64,000 bases of DNA from an uncultured Candidatus Rokubacteria bacterium. GTDB lineage: Bacteria > Methylomirabilota > Methylomirabilia > Rokubacteriales > CSP1-6. Within the stretch, counting starts at the first letter, position 1, and each line of letters begins with the position of its first letter. Position numbers and translations under genes: made by a program. Below are positions 47,138-57,865 of this stretch, piece after piece. Under the pieces are notes generated by a model. It saw only the letters and a program-made list of their open reading frames with translations. It ran no database searches and was not told the origin of the DNA. Where the stretch lies: the NCBI GenBank assembly GCA_963754315.1, contig CAVWFS010000001.1:64001-128000 (forward strand). Direction: 5' to 3'.

Positions 47138-48151
47138 GTGAGAGCACGCCGAACGACGATATTCGTGAACATCGCACTGGTGGCGCTCACCGCCCTGCTG
47201 CCAATTGGAGGGTCGGGTAGCGGTGCCTGGGCCCAGGGTTCCGTGAATCTGGCCTTCGCAACCCTCGACACCGGAAGCGCCTGGTACGTCTATGGCGCCA
47301 CCATGGCCGAGCTGCTTCGCAAGACCTTGCCCCCCGGCTCGAACATCGACGTCAAGCCGCGTGCAGGCGGAGTGGGCAACCCACGGCTGGTGGCCAAGAA
47401 CGAGACGCCAATCGGGTTCGCCTTCACGGTCACGAACCGCTGGGCTTGGGACGGCAAGGAGGCCTACGACACCAAGCTCGACAATCTGCGGGGGTTGGTG
47501 GGAGGGTTCGACACCTACTACCTGGTGGCGGTCACGGCCAAGAAGCTCGGCATCAACTCCATCAAGGACATCAGGGACAAGAAGATCCCGATCAAGATGG
47601 TGACCCAGCCCGTGGGCTCCCTCGGGGAATTTGCCGGGCGCCAGCTCCTACGCGCGTACGGCCTCACCTACAACGACATTAAGGCGTGGGGCGGCTCCAC
47701 CCAGCACGTCGGGTACAACGTGATCGTCGATGCTTTCAAGGACGGCCGGGCCGACGTCCTGTTCGCGGTGATCACGCCGAAGCACCCCTCGGTGAGCGAG
47801 ATCGCCTCGGGGGCGGACGTGAAGTTCCTGGGGCCGGAACCGGACGTGGTGACGGCGCTGGCGCCCCTTGGTTACGTGCCCGCCACCATGCCCGCCGACA
47901 CGTTCAAGGGCCAGGGCGAGGCGGTGAAGACAGTTGGTTTCCCCACGGTCCTCATCACCAATAAGGAGCTGCCGGAACCGGTGGCCTACACGGTGACCAA
48001 GACAGTCATCGAGAACAAGGATGCCCTCGTGCGGGGCCACGCGGGGCTCGCCGAGTTCGATCCCAAGACGGCCTGGCAGCCGGACAAGGTTGGCCTGCCC
48101 CTGCATCCGGGCGCCGAGCGCGCGTACCGCGAGAAGGGGTGGATGAAATAG
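47138..48151 (+). CDS. TAXI family TRAP solute-binding protein
   Basis: Signal peptide, ATLDTGSAWY.YG, QPVGS, PLHPGAERAYREKG. Confidence 0.9.
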   Translation: MRARRTTIFVNIALVALTALLPIGGSGSGAWAQGSVNLAFATLDTGSAWYVYGATMAELLRKTLPPGSNIDVKPRAGGVGNPRLVAKNETPIGFAFTVTNRWAWDGKEAYDTKLDNLRGLVGGFDTYYLVAVTAKKLGINSIKDIRDKKIPIKMVTQPVGSLGEFAGRQLLRAYGLTYNDIKAWGGSTQHVGYNVIVDAFKDGRADVLFAVITPKHPSVSEIASGADVKFLGPEPDVVTALAPLGYVPATMPADTFKGQGEAVKTVGFPTVLITNKELPEPVAYTVTKTVIENKDALVRGHAGLAEFDPKTAWQPDKVGLPLHPGAERAYREKGWMK

Positions 48152-49813
48152 CCGCCGACTGGATCCTCCAGAACGGCCGCCTCATCACGCTCGATTCCCG
48201 CCGGCCCGCCGCGACTGCCCTCGCCATCGCCGGCGGCCGCATCGTCGCCATCGGCGGCCGAGCGGATGTCCGAGGCTGGCATGGACGCCGAACCCGGGTC
48301 GTCGATCTGGCCGGGGCGAGCGTCATCCCGGGTCTCGTCGATGCGCACGCCCATCTCGATCGCGAAGGACTGAAGCACGTCTTTCCGACCCTCGAGCGTT
48401 GCCGTTCGATCGTCGAGATCCAGGGGGCGATCCACCGTCTGGCCGCCCAACGGCCGCCAGGCGAGTGGATTGTCACGATGCCTGTCGGAGTCCCGCCGTT
48501 TTACCTGGATCCACCGGCGGGGCTGGCCGAGGGTCGATGGCCGACTCGGGCCGATCTCGACCGGGCGGCGCCTCACCATCCGGTGTACATCCGCGGCATC
48601 TGGGGCTACTGGAACAAGCCGCCCGTGCACTCCATCGCCAACAGCCTCGCCCTCGCGCGCGCCGGCATCGGGCGGGACACCCCCGCTCCCCCGGGCATCG
48701 AAATCGTGAAGGACACGGCGGGTGAGCCCACGGGTCTCTTCGTGGAACACAACCTCATTCAGGTGATCGAGTTCACTCTGATGCGAAGCGTCCCTCGCTT
48801 CACGCACAAGGACCGCGTTCGTGCCCTGCGCCAGTCTCTCTCACGCTACGCCGCTCGTGGGGTCACCGCCGTGTACGAGGGACACGGGATCGCGCCCGAG
48901 GTGCTACGGGTCTATCGCGAGACGCACGAAGCGGGGCGGCTCAGCCTGCGCTGTACCTTGGCGCTGAGCCCCACCTGGAACACTCTCGCCGAGGCTGAGC
49001 GCGCAATTCCGGAAATCGCGGCGTGGGCCGGCGGTCGCGGTGTGGGGGACGATCGCCTGCGTCTGAGCGGTATCTGTCTGCACTACGGCGGTGACGCCGA
49101 GGTTGCGCGTATCCTTCACGACGGACAGCCATACACAGCGTGGGCCGGGTTTGTGGAGAGTGCGAACGAGCCGGCTGACTACGCGCGGCAGGCGGAGTTG
49201 GCCGCGCGGCACGGCCTGCGGGTGAACACGCTCGTCACGCGATGCCTGCCCGAGGTGCTGGATGTCTGGGAGTCCGTCGCGGCCCGCGTTCCGATCGGGC
49301 ACCTGCGCTGGGTCCTCGTGCATCTGCACGCGGCCACGCCGGAGCAGCTGGCGCGCATTCGTCGGCTCGGTGCCGTTGCCACCACCAATCCGATCAGTTA
49401 TCTGTGGCGGTCGGGCGCAGCCGAGTCGGCGCGGCTCGGGGGGATGCCGGAAACCATGCTCCCGCATCGGAGTCTGGGCCGGCTCGGGATCCCATTTGGG
49501 CTCGCCACCGACAACAAGCCCGCCAACCCCTGGCTCGCGTTCACGGCCGCCGTAGCCCGGCGCGATATGGCGACGGGCGAGATCCTCGGCGCCTGACGAG
49601 CGGCTCTCCCGCCGTCAAGCCCTCCGCGCCCTCACCGTCGGTGGCGCCTGGGTGACCTTTGCCGAGCGCGAACGGGGCGTGCTCGCACCAGGCCGGGCGG
49701 CTGATCTGGCGGTGCTCGACCTTGACCCGCTTGCGGCGCCGCTCGAAGCGCTGGCCGAGATGAGGGTCCGTCTCACGATGGTGGATGGCGACCTCGTCCA
49801 CGGTGATGCGTAG
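48139..49813 (+). CDS. Amidohydrolase 3 family protein (YtcJ-like), interrupted by a +1 indel near 49592
   Basis: IPGLVDAHAH. After 49596 the expected C-terminus (DERLSRRQALRALT..RGVLAPGRAADLAVLD..TMVDG) continues in the +1 frame to TAG 49813. Confidence 0.85.
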
Positions 49814-51723
49814 TCTGCCTTCACCGCGCGTCGCCCTCGGGATCGCCTGGTCCCTCTTCCAGCTCTACACGGCGCAGGCAGGGCTCTTCGATCTGATGAT
49901 TCAGCTGCCCGTCCACGTGGCCTTTGCGGTCGCCCTCGGGTTTCTCACTGCTCCCATTCCGGAATCATCCGCCCAGGCCGAGAAACTTCGCTCGTCTCGG
50001 TCGCGTCGCGGGCTCGACGCGATCTGTGCCCTTGCGGCGCTCGGGTGCGGTGGCTACTACATCGTCGAGAATCACCGGCTGACGACCCGCATGGCCATGG
50101 TTGACGATCCGGCTGGCCGCGACGTCGTGGTCGGGATCGTCTTCATCCTGCTCTTGCTGGAGGCCTCGCGGCGACACATCGGACCGGCCCTCGTGGTGCT
50201 CGCGCTGGCCTTTGTCGCCTACGCGTTCGTCGGTCCCTGGTTGCCCGGGTTTCTCTCTCACGGCGGCGAGACGTTCCTGAAGCTCATCGACATGCAGGCG
50301 CTCACCACGGGCGGGATCTTTGGCATTCCCACCCTGGTGTCGGCCACGTTCATCTACCTCTTCGTCTTGTTCGGGGGAGCCATGGCCCATGGCGGTCTCT
50401 TGCGCTTCTTCACGGACGCCGCCCTCGCCATCGCGGGGGGAACGCGGGGCGGGGCGGGCAAGGTGGCCGTCATCTCGAGCGGTCTCTTCGGGACGGTCAA
50501 CGGCAGCGCCATCGCCAACGCAGTGACCACCGGGCGCCTTCACGATCCCACTCATGATCCGGGCGGGCTACCGCCCGCCCTTCGCGGCCGGCGTCGAGGC
50601 ATGCGCGTCGATGGGCGGCCAGCTCATCCCGCCTGTGATGGGGGCGGCCGCCTTCATCATGGCGGAGACACTCGGCCTGCCATACTCGTCGATCGCCATC
50701 GCGGCCGCCATCCCGGGTGTCCTCTATTTCGTGGCAGTGGGGGTGATGGTGCACTTCGAGGCTGCGCGTCTGGGCATTCCAGTGCTGCCGCGCGCCGAGT
50801 TGCCTCGCTTTCTCGATGTCCTGAAGCGAGACGCGCACCTGCTGGCCGGGCCGGCCGTCCTCGTGTATTTCCTCGTGGTCGGTCGCTCCCCCCTCTTTGC
50901 GGGTTTCTGGGCATTGGTGGCGGCGGTGGTCGCGAGCCAGTTGCGCCGTGACACGCGAATCGACCTCAGCCGAGCGCTCACCATCCTCACCGAGAGCGCC
51001 CAGAGTGCCCTGCCCGTGGCCTTGGCCTGCGCCACGGTCGGCATCGTGGTCGGTGTCGTGTCCGCCACCGGGCTCGGCCTGAAGCTGGCCAGCGGCATCG
51101 TCGGCATCGCGCAGGGCAACATGCTGGCCACCTTGCTGCTCACGATGGTGGCCGCCCTCGTCCTCGGCACAGGACTGCCGACGTCCGCGACCTACATCAT
51201 CACCTCGATCATGGCTGCGCCGGCCCTCGTTCAGCTCGGGCGTTCCCAAGCTGGCCGCCCACATGTTCGTGTTCTACTTCGGGATCCTGGCGGATCTCAC
51301 TCCACCCACCGCCATCTCGACCTACGCCACGTCCTCGATCGCGGGCGCCGACGTCTGGAAGACGCAGTGGACGGCCATGGCCCTGGCTCTTTCGGGTTTC
51401 ATCATCCCGTTCAGCTTTGCTTACGATCCTGCTCTGCTCCTGCTCAACGCCTCGGTGCCACACATCGTTCTCCGGACGGCGGCCGCCACCCTCGGCATCC
51501 TCATGCTCGGGGCTGGCCTCATCGGCTACCTGCGGGTGCCCACCTGCGCGTGGGAGCGGGCGGCGCTCCTGGTAGGGGCGGTCCTGCTGATCTTCCCGGG
51601 GTCCTCGGTGACTTGGTGGGGATGGCATGCTTCATCGCGGTGTGGCTTGCCCAGCGCCGCGCGGGCCGGCGGGTCGAAGTCCGCGCCTCGGCGCGGGCCA
51701 CCAGCCCTAAGTCGTCCCAGTAG
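49806..51723 (+). CDS. TAXI-TRAP fused permease (DctQM-like), with 3 single-base indels (~50533, ~51239, ~51600)
   Basis: GIFGIP, GKVAVISS..FG..NGSAIAN, ASMGGQLIPPVMGAAAFIMAE, GLPTSATY, HMFVFYFG..TPP spread over three frames. Confidence 0.85.
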
Positions 51724-51726
51724 CTG

Positions 51727-51785
51727 TTGACGATCGGCATCGTCAAGCGACAAGCGTTGACCGCCCAGTTCGATGACAGTACGAT
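51727..51785 (+). promoter_or_regulatory. Sigma70 promoter TTGACC-17-TACGAT with upstream palindrome TTGACGAT-CGGC-ATCGTCAA
   Basis: -35 at 51757-51762, -10 at 51780-51785, perfect 8-bp inverted repeat 51727-51746. Confidence 0.6.
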
Positions 51786-51908
51786 TCCAGCATGGTGCGG
51801 ACACAGATACCTGATTTGCGGTTAGAACACGGCCACGCGTGACTGAGGCCTACCGCGCACTGAGCATTTTCGTCGACACTTCAGGAATCGACATCTCGAG
51901 GGCCACTT

Positions 51909-53399
51909 GTGAGCTTCATCGACATGCGCCAGTGGATGACCTTGCTCGAGAAGGAAGGCGAGCTGCGGCGGGTCACGGCCGAGGTGGACTGGGACCGTGA
52001 GCTGGGCGCCATCGCCCGCCGAGTTCTCCAGAAGAAGGGACCGGCCCTGCTCTTCGAGAGCATCAGGGGATATCGGGGCGGGCGCTGCACGAAGCTCTTT
52101 ACGGGAGGGCTGGGTGCGCGCCCCCGGCTGGCCCTGGCTCTCGGTTTTCCGCGCGACGTCTCCAACCGCGAGCTGGTGCAGTACGTGATGAAGAAGAACC
52201 GCGAGGCGATCCCTCCCATTCTCGTGAAGACGGGCCCGGTGAAGGACGTCGTGCTACGGGGACCGGCTGTCGACCAGACAGAGTTCCCCGTTCCCAAGTG
52301 GCACTACCTGGAGGGCGGGCGCTACATCCACACGTTTTCGGGTATCGTCACCCGCGATCCGGAGACGCGCATCATGAACGTCGGCATCTACCGCGGGATG
52401 ATCGGCCACAAGGACACCGCCCCCTTCCTCCTCATCAAGGGCGGTCAGCACTGGGGCGCCCACTTCGTGAAATGGGCGGCGCGAAGAGAGCCCATGCCTG
52501 TGGCCTGCGTGGTCGGATGGGACCCGATCATGCCGTTTCTGGCCGGATCTCCGATTCCGGCGGGGGTGAGCGAGTGGGACGTCATGGGCGCCTATCGGAG
52601 TGAGCCGGCAGAGATGGTTCGCTGCGAGACCGTGGATTTGGAAGTTCCGGCGGCGGCCGAGATCGTCCTCGAAGGATTCATCGCCGACGATCCGGCCACC
52701 TACGAGCTCGAGGGACCGTTCGGCGAGTTCACGGGCTACGTCTCCGACATTCCCACGCCCCGACCGACCATGAAGGTGACCTGCATCACCCACCGACATG
52801 ATCCGATCTTTCGCGGCTGCCTGGAGGGAACGCTGCCCGGCTCGTACAGCGAGAACAGCATCATGTCGTCCGTGCAGCGGGCGGCCATCGCCTGGAACAT
52901 CCTGAACGGGGCTGGCATTCCCGGGATTGTCGACGTGTATGTCCCGCCCATCACCAACGGAGTCAACATCCGCATCCAGATCAAGAAGCACTACCAGGGG
53001 CAACCCAAGCAAATCGCGGCGGCGCTGTGGGGCAACAGCGCCGCCCAGTATCGCTACAAGCATGTGACCGTCGTCGAAGACGACATCGATCCCTCGGCCG
53101 ATGAGCAGGTCGAGTGGGCGATCGCGCATCGCGTGAACGCGGGGGAGGGGGGCATCGTGGTTTTTCCGGGCATCTTCGGGTCTCCCATCGATCCCAGCAC
53201 GCCCATGGAAGATCGAGACGTGGCCCAGCTCGGCACCGGCCTCTGGAACCGCATGCTCATCGACGCCACCCGCTCGTGGAAGAACGCGCGGCGGCCGGAG
53301 TGGGGCGGAGAACGCTTCCCGCCTACCGTGCGCCCGGCCGCCGCCGACGAAGAACGCGTGCAGGCCCGATGGGCCGAGTACGGTCTGGGCGAGTTCTGA
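51909..53399 (+). CDS. UbiD family (prFMN-dependent) decarboxylase
   Basis: LEKEGEL, GPALLFE, NVGIYR, AEIVLEG, EGPFGEFTGY, VVEDDID, IDP, IDAT. Confidence 0.93.
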   Translation: MSFIDMRQWMTLLEKEGELRRVTAEVDWDRELGAIARRVLQKKGPALLFESIRGYRGGRCTKLFTGGLGARPRLALALGFPRDVSNRELVQYVMKKNREAIPPILVKTGPVKDVVLRGPAVDQTEFPVPKWHYLEGGRYIHTFSGIVTRDPETRIMNVGIYRGMIGHKDTAPFLLIKGGQHWGAHFVKWAARREPMPVACVVGWDPIMPFLAGSPIPAGVSEWDVMGAYRSEPAEMVRCETVDLEVPAAAEIVLEGFIADDPATYELEGPFGEFTGYVSDIPTPRPTMKVTCITHRHDPIFRGCLEGTLPGSYSENSIMSSVQRAAIAWNILNGAGIPGIVDVYVPPITNGVNIRIQIKKHYQGQPKQIAAALWGNSAAQYRYKHVTVVEDDIDPSADEQVEWAIAHRVNAGEGGIVVFPGIFGSPIDPSTPMEDRDVAQLGTGLWNRMLIDATRSWKNARRPEWGGERFPPTVRPAAADEERVQARWAEYGLGEF

Positions 53400-53430
53400 G
53401 GGCACACCAGCTGCGGCAAGGACCTCGACC

Positions 53431-54546
53431 ATGAAGATCACCGAGCTTCGCGCGCTCGCCCTCGGCATCCCCCTCCGGTCCATGACGCCGCCCTCGCCGT
53501 GGGAGGGCGGTCTGGCCAAGCAGGTCCTCGTGCGCCTGTCTACCGACGAGGGGCTGATCGGGTGGGGGGAGTGCTTCGCGTACGGGGCTCCACTCGCGGT
53601 GTGCAACGTCGTTGAGGACGCGCTGGCGCCTCTCGTGGTCGGCCAGGATCCGATGCACATCGAGCAGCTCACCCGCTCGATGCACCAGGCGCTCATGATC
53701 TGGGGCCGGCGCGGGCTCGGCATGTTTGCGATCAGTGGGGTCGAACTGGCTCTGTGGGACCTCGTCGGGAAGGCTCGCCAAGCGCCCTTGTACGAGCTGC
53801 TGGGTGGGCTCGTGCAACCAACCGTGCAGGCCTACGCGAGCCTCCTGCGCTATCCCAGCCCGTCCGATGTGGGGCGCGCGGTTGCCGCCATGGTTGCCCG
53901 CGGCTATACCGCCGTCAAGCTTCACCAGATCGACGTGGAGTCAGTGGGTGTGGCGCGGGAGGCGGGCGGCGACGGCATCGCGCTGATGCTCGACACAAAC
54001 TGTCCGTGGAGTGTGGAGGAGGCCATCCGGATCGGGCGCCGGCTCGAGCGGTACGACCTCCGCTGGCTGGAGGAACCCGTGTGGCCACCGGAAGACTATG
54101 CCGGACTGGCCCGTGTCCGGGCGGCCGTGCGGATCCCCATCGCGAGCGGCGAGAACGACGCCACCGTGCACGGCTTCGCCGCCCTCCTAGCGGCCGGGGC
54201 GGCTGACATCGTGCAGCCAAGCATGACCAAGGTGGGCGGCGTGGGTGAAATGAAGAAAATTGCCGTGCTGGCCGCCGCCGCCAACGCGACCTTCGTCCCC
54301 CACTCCTTCTACTTCGGCCCTGGTTTGGCGGCCACCCTGCACGTGGCGGCTTCCACCCCCGGGGTGCCCTATGTGGAATTCCCGCCCGGAGAATTGGAGG
54401 CGCCATTGGTGGCCGAGCCGATTCGCTGTGCGGGGGGCGTGGTCTCGGCCAGCGACCGCCCCGGCCTTGGCGCCGATCCAAATCCGGAGATCCTTGCGCG
54501 CTACCCCTACGGGCGTGAGGGTGCCCGGCCCTTCTACCTGACCTGA
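53431..54546 (+). CDS. Mandelate racemase/muconate lactonizing enzyme (enolase superfamily)
   Basis: GWGE, AISGVELALWDL.GK, LDTN, WLEEP, IASGEN, VPH. Confidence 0.92.
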   Translation: MKITELRALALGIPLRSMTPPSPWEGGLAKQVLVRLSTDEGLIGWGECFAYGAPLAVCNVVEDALAPLVVGQDPMHIEQLTRSMHQALMIWGRRGLGMFAISGVELALWDLVGKARQAPLYELLGGLVQPTVQAYASLLRYPSPSDVGRAVAAMVARGYTAVKLHQIDVESVGVAREAGGDGIALMLDTNCPWSVEEAIRIGRRLERYDLRWLEEPVWPPEDYAGLARVRAAVRIPIASGENDATVHGFAALLAAGAADIVQPSMTKVGGVGEMKKIAVLAAAANATFVPHSFYFGPGLAATLHVAASTPGVPYVEFPPGELEAPLVAEPIRCAGGVVSASDRPGLGADPNPEILARYPYGREGARPFYLT

Positions 54547-54561
54547 TTCAGGAGGAATGCC

Positions 54562-55245
54562 ATGAGCCACCCAAGCAGCTTCAGGCAAGAGCTGGAGGCG
54601 GCCGTCAACGCTCGCCATAGCCGTCTCAATCCCTTCACCGACCGGTGGGTGAAGGGAGAGTTGACCAGGGCACAGCTCGGGGCATGGGCCGCCCAGCACT
54701 ATCAGTACGTGGGCCAGTTCCCGCGCTGGTGCGCGCGCGTCTACGCTGGCTGTCCCTATTCTGATGCCCGTGACTTCCTGCTGGAGAACATCATCGAGGA
54801 AGAATCCGGGACCAAGCATGTCGACCTGCTCATCCGCTTCGCTGAAGCGTGCGGAGTCAGCCGGACCGAGGTCGAGACGACTCGACAACTGCCAACCACC
54901 CGAGCCCTCACGGCCTGGTGCTACGAGATGTCCCACCAGCCGTTCTACGAGGCGGCGGCCGGTCTGCTGGTGGGCCTGGAGTCCCAGGTGCCCGGGATCT
55001 ACCGGCGCAACCTGCCGCCTCTCAAGCCGCTCTACGGCTTCTCCGACCACGAGGTGGAGTTCTTTGCCGTCCACATCGAGGCAGACGAGGTGCACGGCGA
55101 GCGGGGCTACGAGATCGTCGAGCAGGCGTGCACCACACACGAGATGCAGGCGCGCGCCGTGGACGCCGTGCGCCAGGCCACCGAGATGCGCTGGCAGTAC
55201 ATGACGGGGCTGTTCCGCGCCTACGTCCTCAAGGAGGAGCTGTGA
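54562..55245 (+). CDS. Heme-oxygenase-like diiron enzyme (CADD/PqqC-like)
   Basis: ENIIEEE..KH, GLESQ, FFAVHIEADEVH ligand pattern. Confidence 0.82.
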   Translation: MSHPSSFRQELEAAVNARHSRLNPFTDRWVKGELTRAQLGAWAAQHYQYVGQFPRWCARVYAGCPYSDARDFLLENIIEEESGTKHVDLLIRFAEACGVSRTEVETTRQLPTTRALTAWCYEMSHQPFYEAAAGLLVGLESQVPGIYRRNLPPLKPLYGFSDHEVEFFAVHIEADEVHGERGYEIVEQACTTHEMQARAVDAVRQATEMRWQYMTGLFRAYVLKEEL

Positions 55246-55553
55246 GCGGCGCCGTCCGGGTGGCCCGTCTGGACGAGCTGGCGTCGGGCCAGACGAAGCT
55301 CGTGGAAGTGAATGGCCACCGCGTGGTGCTGGTTCGCGTCGGGGACGCGGTCTACGCCTGCAGTGACGTGTGCGCCCACCAGGGCGGGCCTCTCAGTGAC
55401 GGCCGGCTGTACGGATCGCGCCTGGCCTGCCCCTGGCACGGCTGGCACTTCGACGTCCGCACCGGCGAGTGCGTGCTGCCAGGGCGAGGAGCCCGTGTCC
55501 CCAACTACCCCGTCCGGGTCGAGGCGGGCGAGGTGTGGGTCGAGGTCGTATAA
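55242..55553 (+). CDS. Rieske [2Fe-2S] ferredoxin
   Basis: CAH..GPL..G..CPWHGWHFDVRTG. Confidence 0.92.
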   Translation: MSGAVRVARLDELASGQTKLVEVNGHRVVLVRVGDAVYACSDVCAHQGGPLSDGRLYGSRLACPWHGWHFDVRTGECVLPGRGARVPNYPVRVEAGEVWVEVV

Positions 55554-55979
55554 GTGCCCTTGTCGATCGCGTGGGCGGTGGAGTGCATCGAGCGCGGCTT
55601 TGCCAAGGCGACCGAGCTAGATTTCAAGGTCGCGGTGGCAGTGGTCGACGACGCCGGTCACCTCGTCGCTTCCCATCGCATGGACGGGGCACTATGGGTG
55701 ACGCCTGACATCGCCCGGGCGAAGGCCAATGCGGCCGCCGCCTTCCGCGCCTCCACGGCGGATCTGGAGGAACGGTTCAGCGGGGCCCGCCACCTGTTCG
55801 CCTCCAACGTGGCCACCCTTGGAGACCACCGCTTCGTGTTCGGCCGGGGAGCAGTTCCTCTCATGCAGAAGGGCATCATCGTCGGAGCGGTCGGCGTCAG
55901 CGGTGCCGTGCCTGCCGACAACGACCAGCTGATTGCCGAAGCGGCCGCCGGGCATCCAACGGCTCCCAAGGGCCATTGA
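55554..55979 (+). CDS. GlcG/HbpS family heme-binding protein
   Basis: VAVVDDAGHL..RMDGA, ARAKA, GAVGVSGA..D..IA. Confidence 0.9.
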   Translation: MPLSIAWAVECIERGFAKATELDFKVAVAVVDDAGHLVASHRMDGALWVTPDIARAKANAAAAFRASTADLEERFSGARHLFASNVATLGDHRFVFGRGAVPLMQKGIIVGAVGVSGAVPADNDQLIAEAAAGHPTAPKGH

Positions 55980-56004
55980 CCGGGTAGGGGGTATCCTCGG
56001 GGCG

Positions 56005-56484
56005 ATGCTGCCCGTCGTGCTGAGTCCCGCGTCGTCGCCCGAGGACCTTCGGTGCGTCCGGGCGCTGTTCGAGGAGTACGCGGCCTCGCTCGAATACTCC
56101 CTCGGCTTCCAAGGATTCGCCGAAGAGCTAGCAACCCTTCCCGGAGCCTACGCTCCGCCCACCGGGCAGCTGCTCGTGGCCCGGATCGAGGGCCAGCCCG
56201 CCGGCTGCGTGGGGCTCCGCCCACTCGGGGGCAAGGTCTGCGAGATGAAACGCCTGTTTGTCCGCCCGCCCTACCTGGGCAGGGGCGTCGGGCGCCGTCT
56301 CGCGACAGCGATCATCGACGAGGCGCGGCGCCTGGGTTACATGACGATCAAGCTCGACACGCTACCGTCGATGCAGGCGGCCGCCGCCCTCTACGAGTCC
56401 CTCGGCTTCAAGGACACCAGCCCCTACACCGAGAACCCCATCCGCGGCGCGCGCTTCATGCAGCTTGCCCTCGACCCTTCATGA
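56005..56484 (+). CDS. GNAT N-acetyltransferase
   Basis: LPGAYAPP.G, CEMKRLFVRP, GRGVGRRL, LDTL, LYESLGF. Confidence 0.9.
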   Translation: MLPVVLSPASSPEDLRCVRALFEEYAASLEYSLGFQGFAEELATLPGAYAPPTGQLLVARIEGQPAGCVGLRPLGGKVCEMKRLFVRPPYLGRGVGRRLATAIIDEARRLGYMTIKLDTLPSMQAAAALYESLGFKDTSPYTENPIRGARFMQLALDPS

Positions 56485-56660
56485 TTCTCCCGGGGGTCCC
56501 GTAAAGGAACTCTTGTGCTGAAACGTAGGTTACAATACCGCCGGCCCGCTGGGGGTAGGGGGTCAGCGTGGCCACACGCTTCAGCTCGGGACGCATGGCC
56601 TCCCTCGCGCGCTCAGGTGTCATCTCCATCGACACGGCGACTAGCACAAGGAGGTGCTTC

Positions 56661-57806
56661 ATGAAGGATCCGCAAGCAAACACGGAGACACCACGCCGCA
56701 CGTTTCTGAGGGGGGCGGCGGTCGCGGCCGCGGCGGGGACCGCCGCGCTCGGCTTTCCCCGCGTGGCGGCCGCCCAGGGGCCGATCACGATGCGCTGGCA
56801 AAGTACCTGGCCCGCCAAGGACATCTTCCACGAGTATGCGCTCGACTTCGCCAAGAAGCTCAACGACATGACCGGGGGCGACCTCAAGATCGAGGTGCTG
56901 CCGGCAGGGGCGGTGGTCCCCGCCTTCGGACTGCTGGATGCGGTGTCGAAGGGGACCCTCGATGGCGGCCACGGCGTGCTCGTCTATCACTACGGCAAGC
57001 AGACGGCGCTCGCCCTCTGGGGGTCGGGTCCGGCCTTCGGCATGGACGCCAACATGCTGCTGTCCTGGCACAAGTACGGCGGCGGCAAGGAGCTGCTCGA
57101 CAAGCTCTACAAGTCGATCAACGCCAACGTGGTGTCCTTCCCGTACGGCCCCATGCCGACGCAGCCGCTCGGCTGGTTCAAGAAGCCCATCACCAAGCCC
57201 GACGACTTCAAGGGCCTCAAGTTCCGTACGGTGGGCATCTCCATCGACGTCTTCACCGGACTGGGGGCGGCCGTGAACGCGCTTCCCGGCGGCGACATCG
57301 TGCCGGCCATGGACCGGGGCCTCCTCGACGCGGCCGAGTTCAACAACGCCACCTCCGACCGCATACTCGGATTTGCCGATGTGTCCAAGGTGTGCATGCT
57401 GCAGAGCTTCCATCAAAACGCGGAGCAGTTGGAGATCACGTTCAACAAGACGAAGTTCGATGCGCTGCCGGACAAGATGAAGGCGATCATCGCGACCACG
57501 GTAGAAGCGGCCTCGGCCGACATGTCCTGGAAGGCCATCGACCGCTACTCGAAGGACTACATCGAGCTGCAGACCAAGGACAAGGTGCGCTTCTACAAGA
57601 CCCCGGACTCCCTCCTGCAGAAGCAGCTCGAGGTGTATGACGCCGCCGCCGACAAGAAGGCCAGCGACAATCCGCTCTTCAAGGAAATCGTCGAGTCCCA
57701 GCGCGCCTTCGCGGCGCGTGCTGTGAAGTGGGACCTCGACACCAACGTCAATCGCCGGATGGCCTACAACCACTACTTCGGCAAGCCGGCCGCCAAGAAG
57801 AGCTAA
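56661..57806 (+). CDS. TRAP solute-binding protein DctP (TakP-like), Tat signal
   Basis: SD AAGGAGGTG, RRTFLR Tat motif, WQSTWP, QPLGWF, GLKFR, DAAEF. Confidence 0.92.
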   Translation: MKDPQANTETPRRTFLRGAAVAAAAGTAALGFPRVAAAQGPITMRWQSTWPAKDIFHEYALDFAKKLNDMTGGDLKIEVLPAGAVVPAFGLLDAVSKGTLDGGHGVLVYHYGKQTALALWGSGPAFGMDANMLLSWHKYGGGKELLDKLYKSINANVVSFPYGPMPTQPLGWFKKPITKPDDFKGLKFRTVGISIDVFTGLGAAVNALPGGDIVPAMDRGLLDAAEFNNATSDRILGFADVSKVCMLQSFHQNAEQLEITFNKTKFDALPDKMKAIIATTVEAASADMSWKAIDRYSKDYIELQTKDKVRFYKTPDSLLQKQLEVYDAAADKKASDNPLFKEIVESQRAFAARAVKWDLDTNVNRRMAYNHYFGKPAAKKS

Positions 57807-57827
57807 CCCTTCGTGATCCTCTCCGGA

Positions 57828-57865
57828 CCGATCCTCCCGCCGCCGCACGGCGACGGGAGGATCGG
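57828..57865 (+). terminator. Intercistronic hairpin after dctP
   Basis: CCGATCCTCCCG/CGGGAGGATCGG 12-bp stem plus inner CGCC/GGCG; no U-tract. Confidence 0.5.

Noticed and set aside
49590..51605. Programmed ribosomal frameshifting in the amidohydrolase or permease
   Set aside because: No slippery heptamers or stimulators were seen, and three shifts in one gene is implausible.
54562..55245. pqqC (PQQ biosynthesis)
   Set aside because: No pqqA/B/D/E nearby, and the Glu/His ligand pattern fits a diiron enzyme better.
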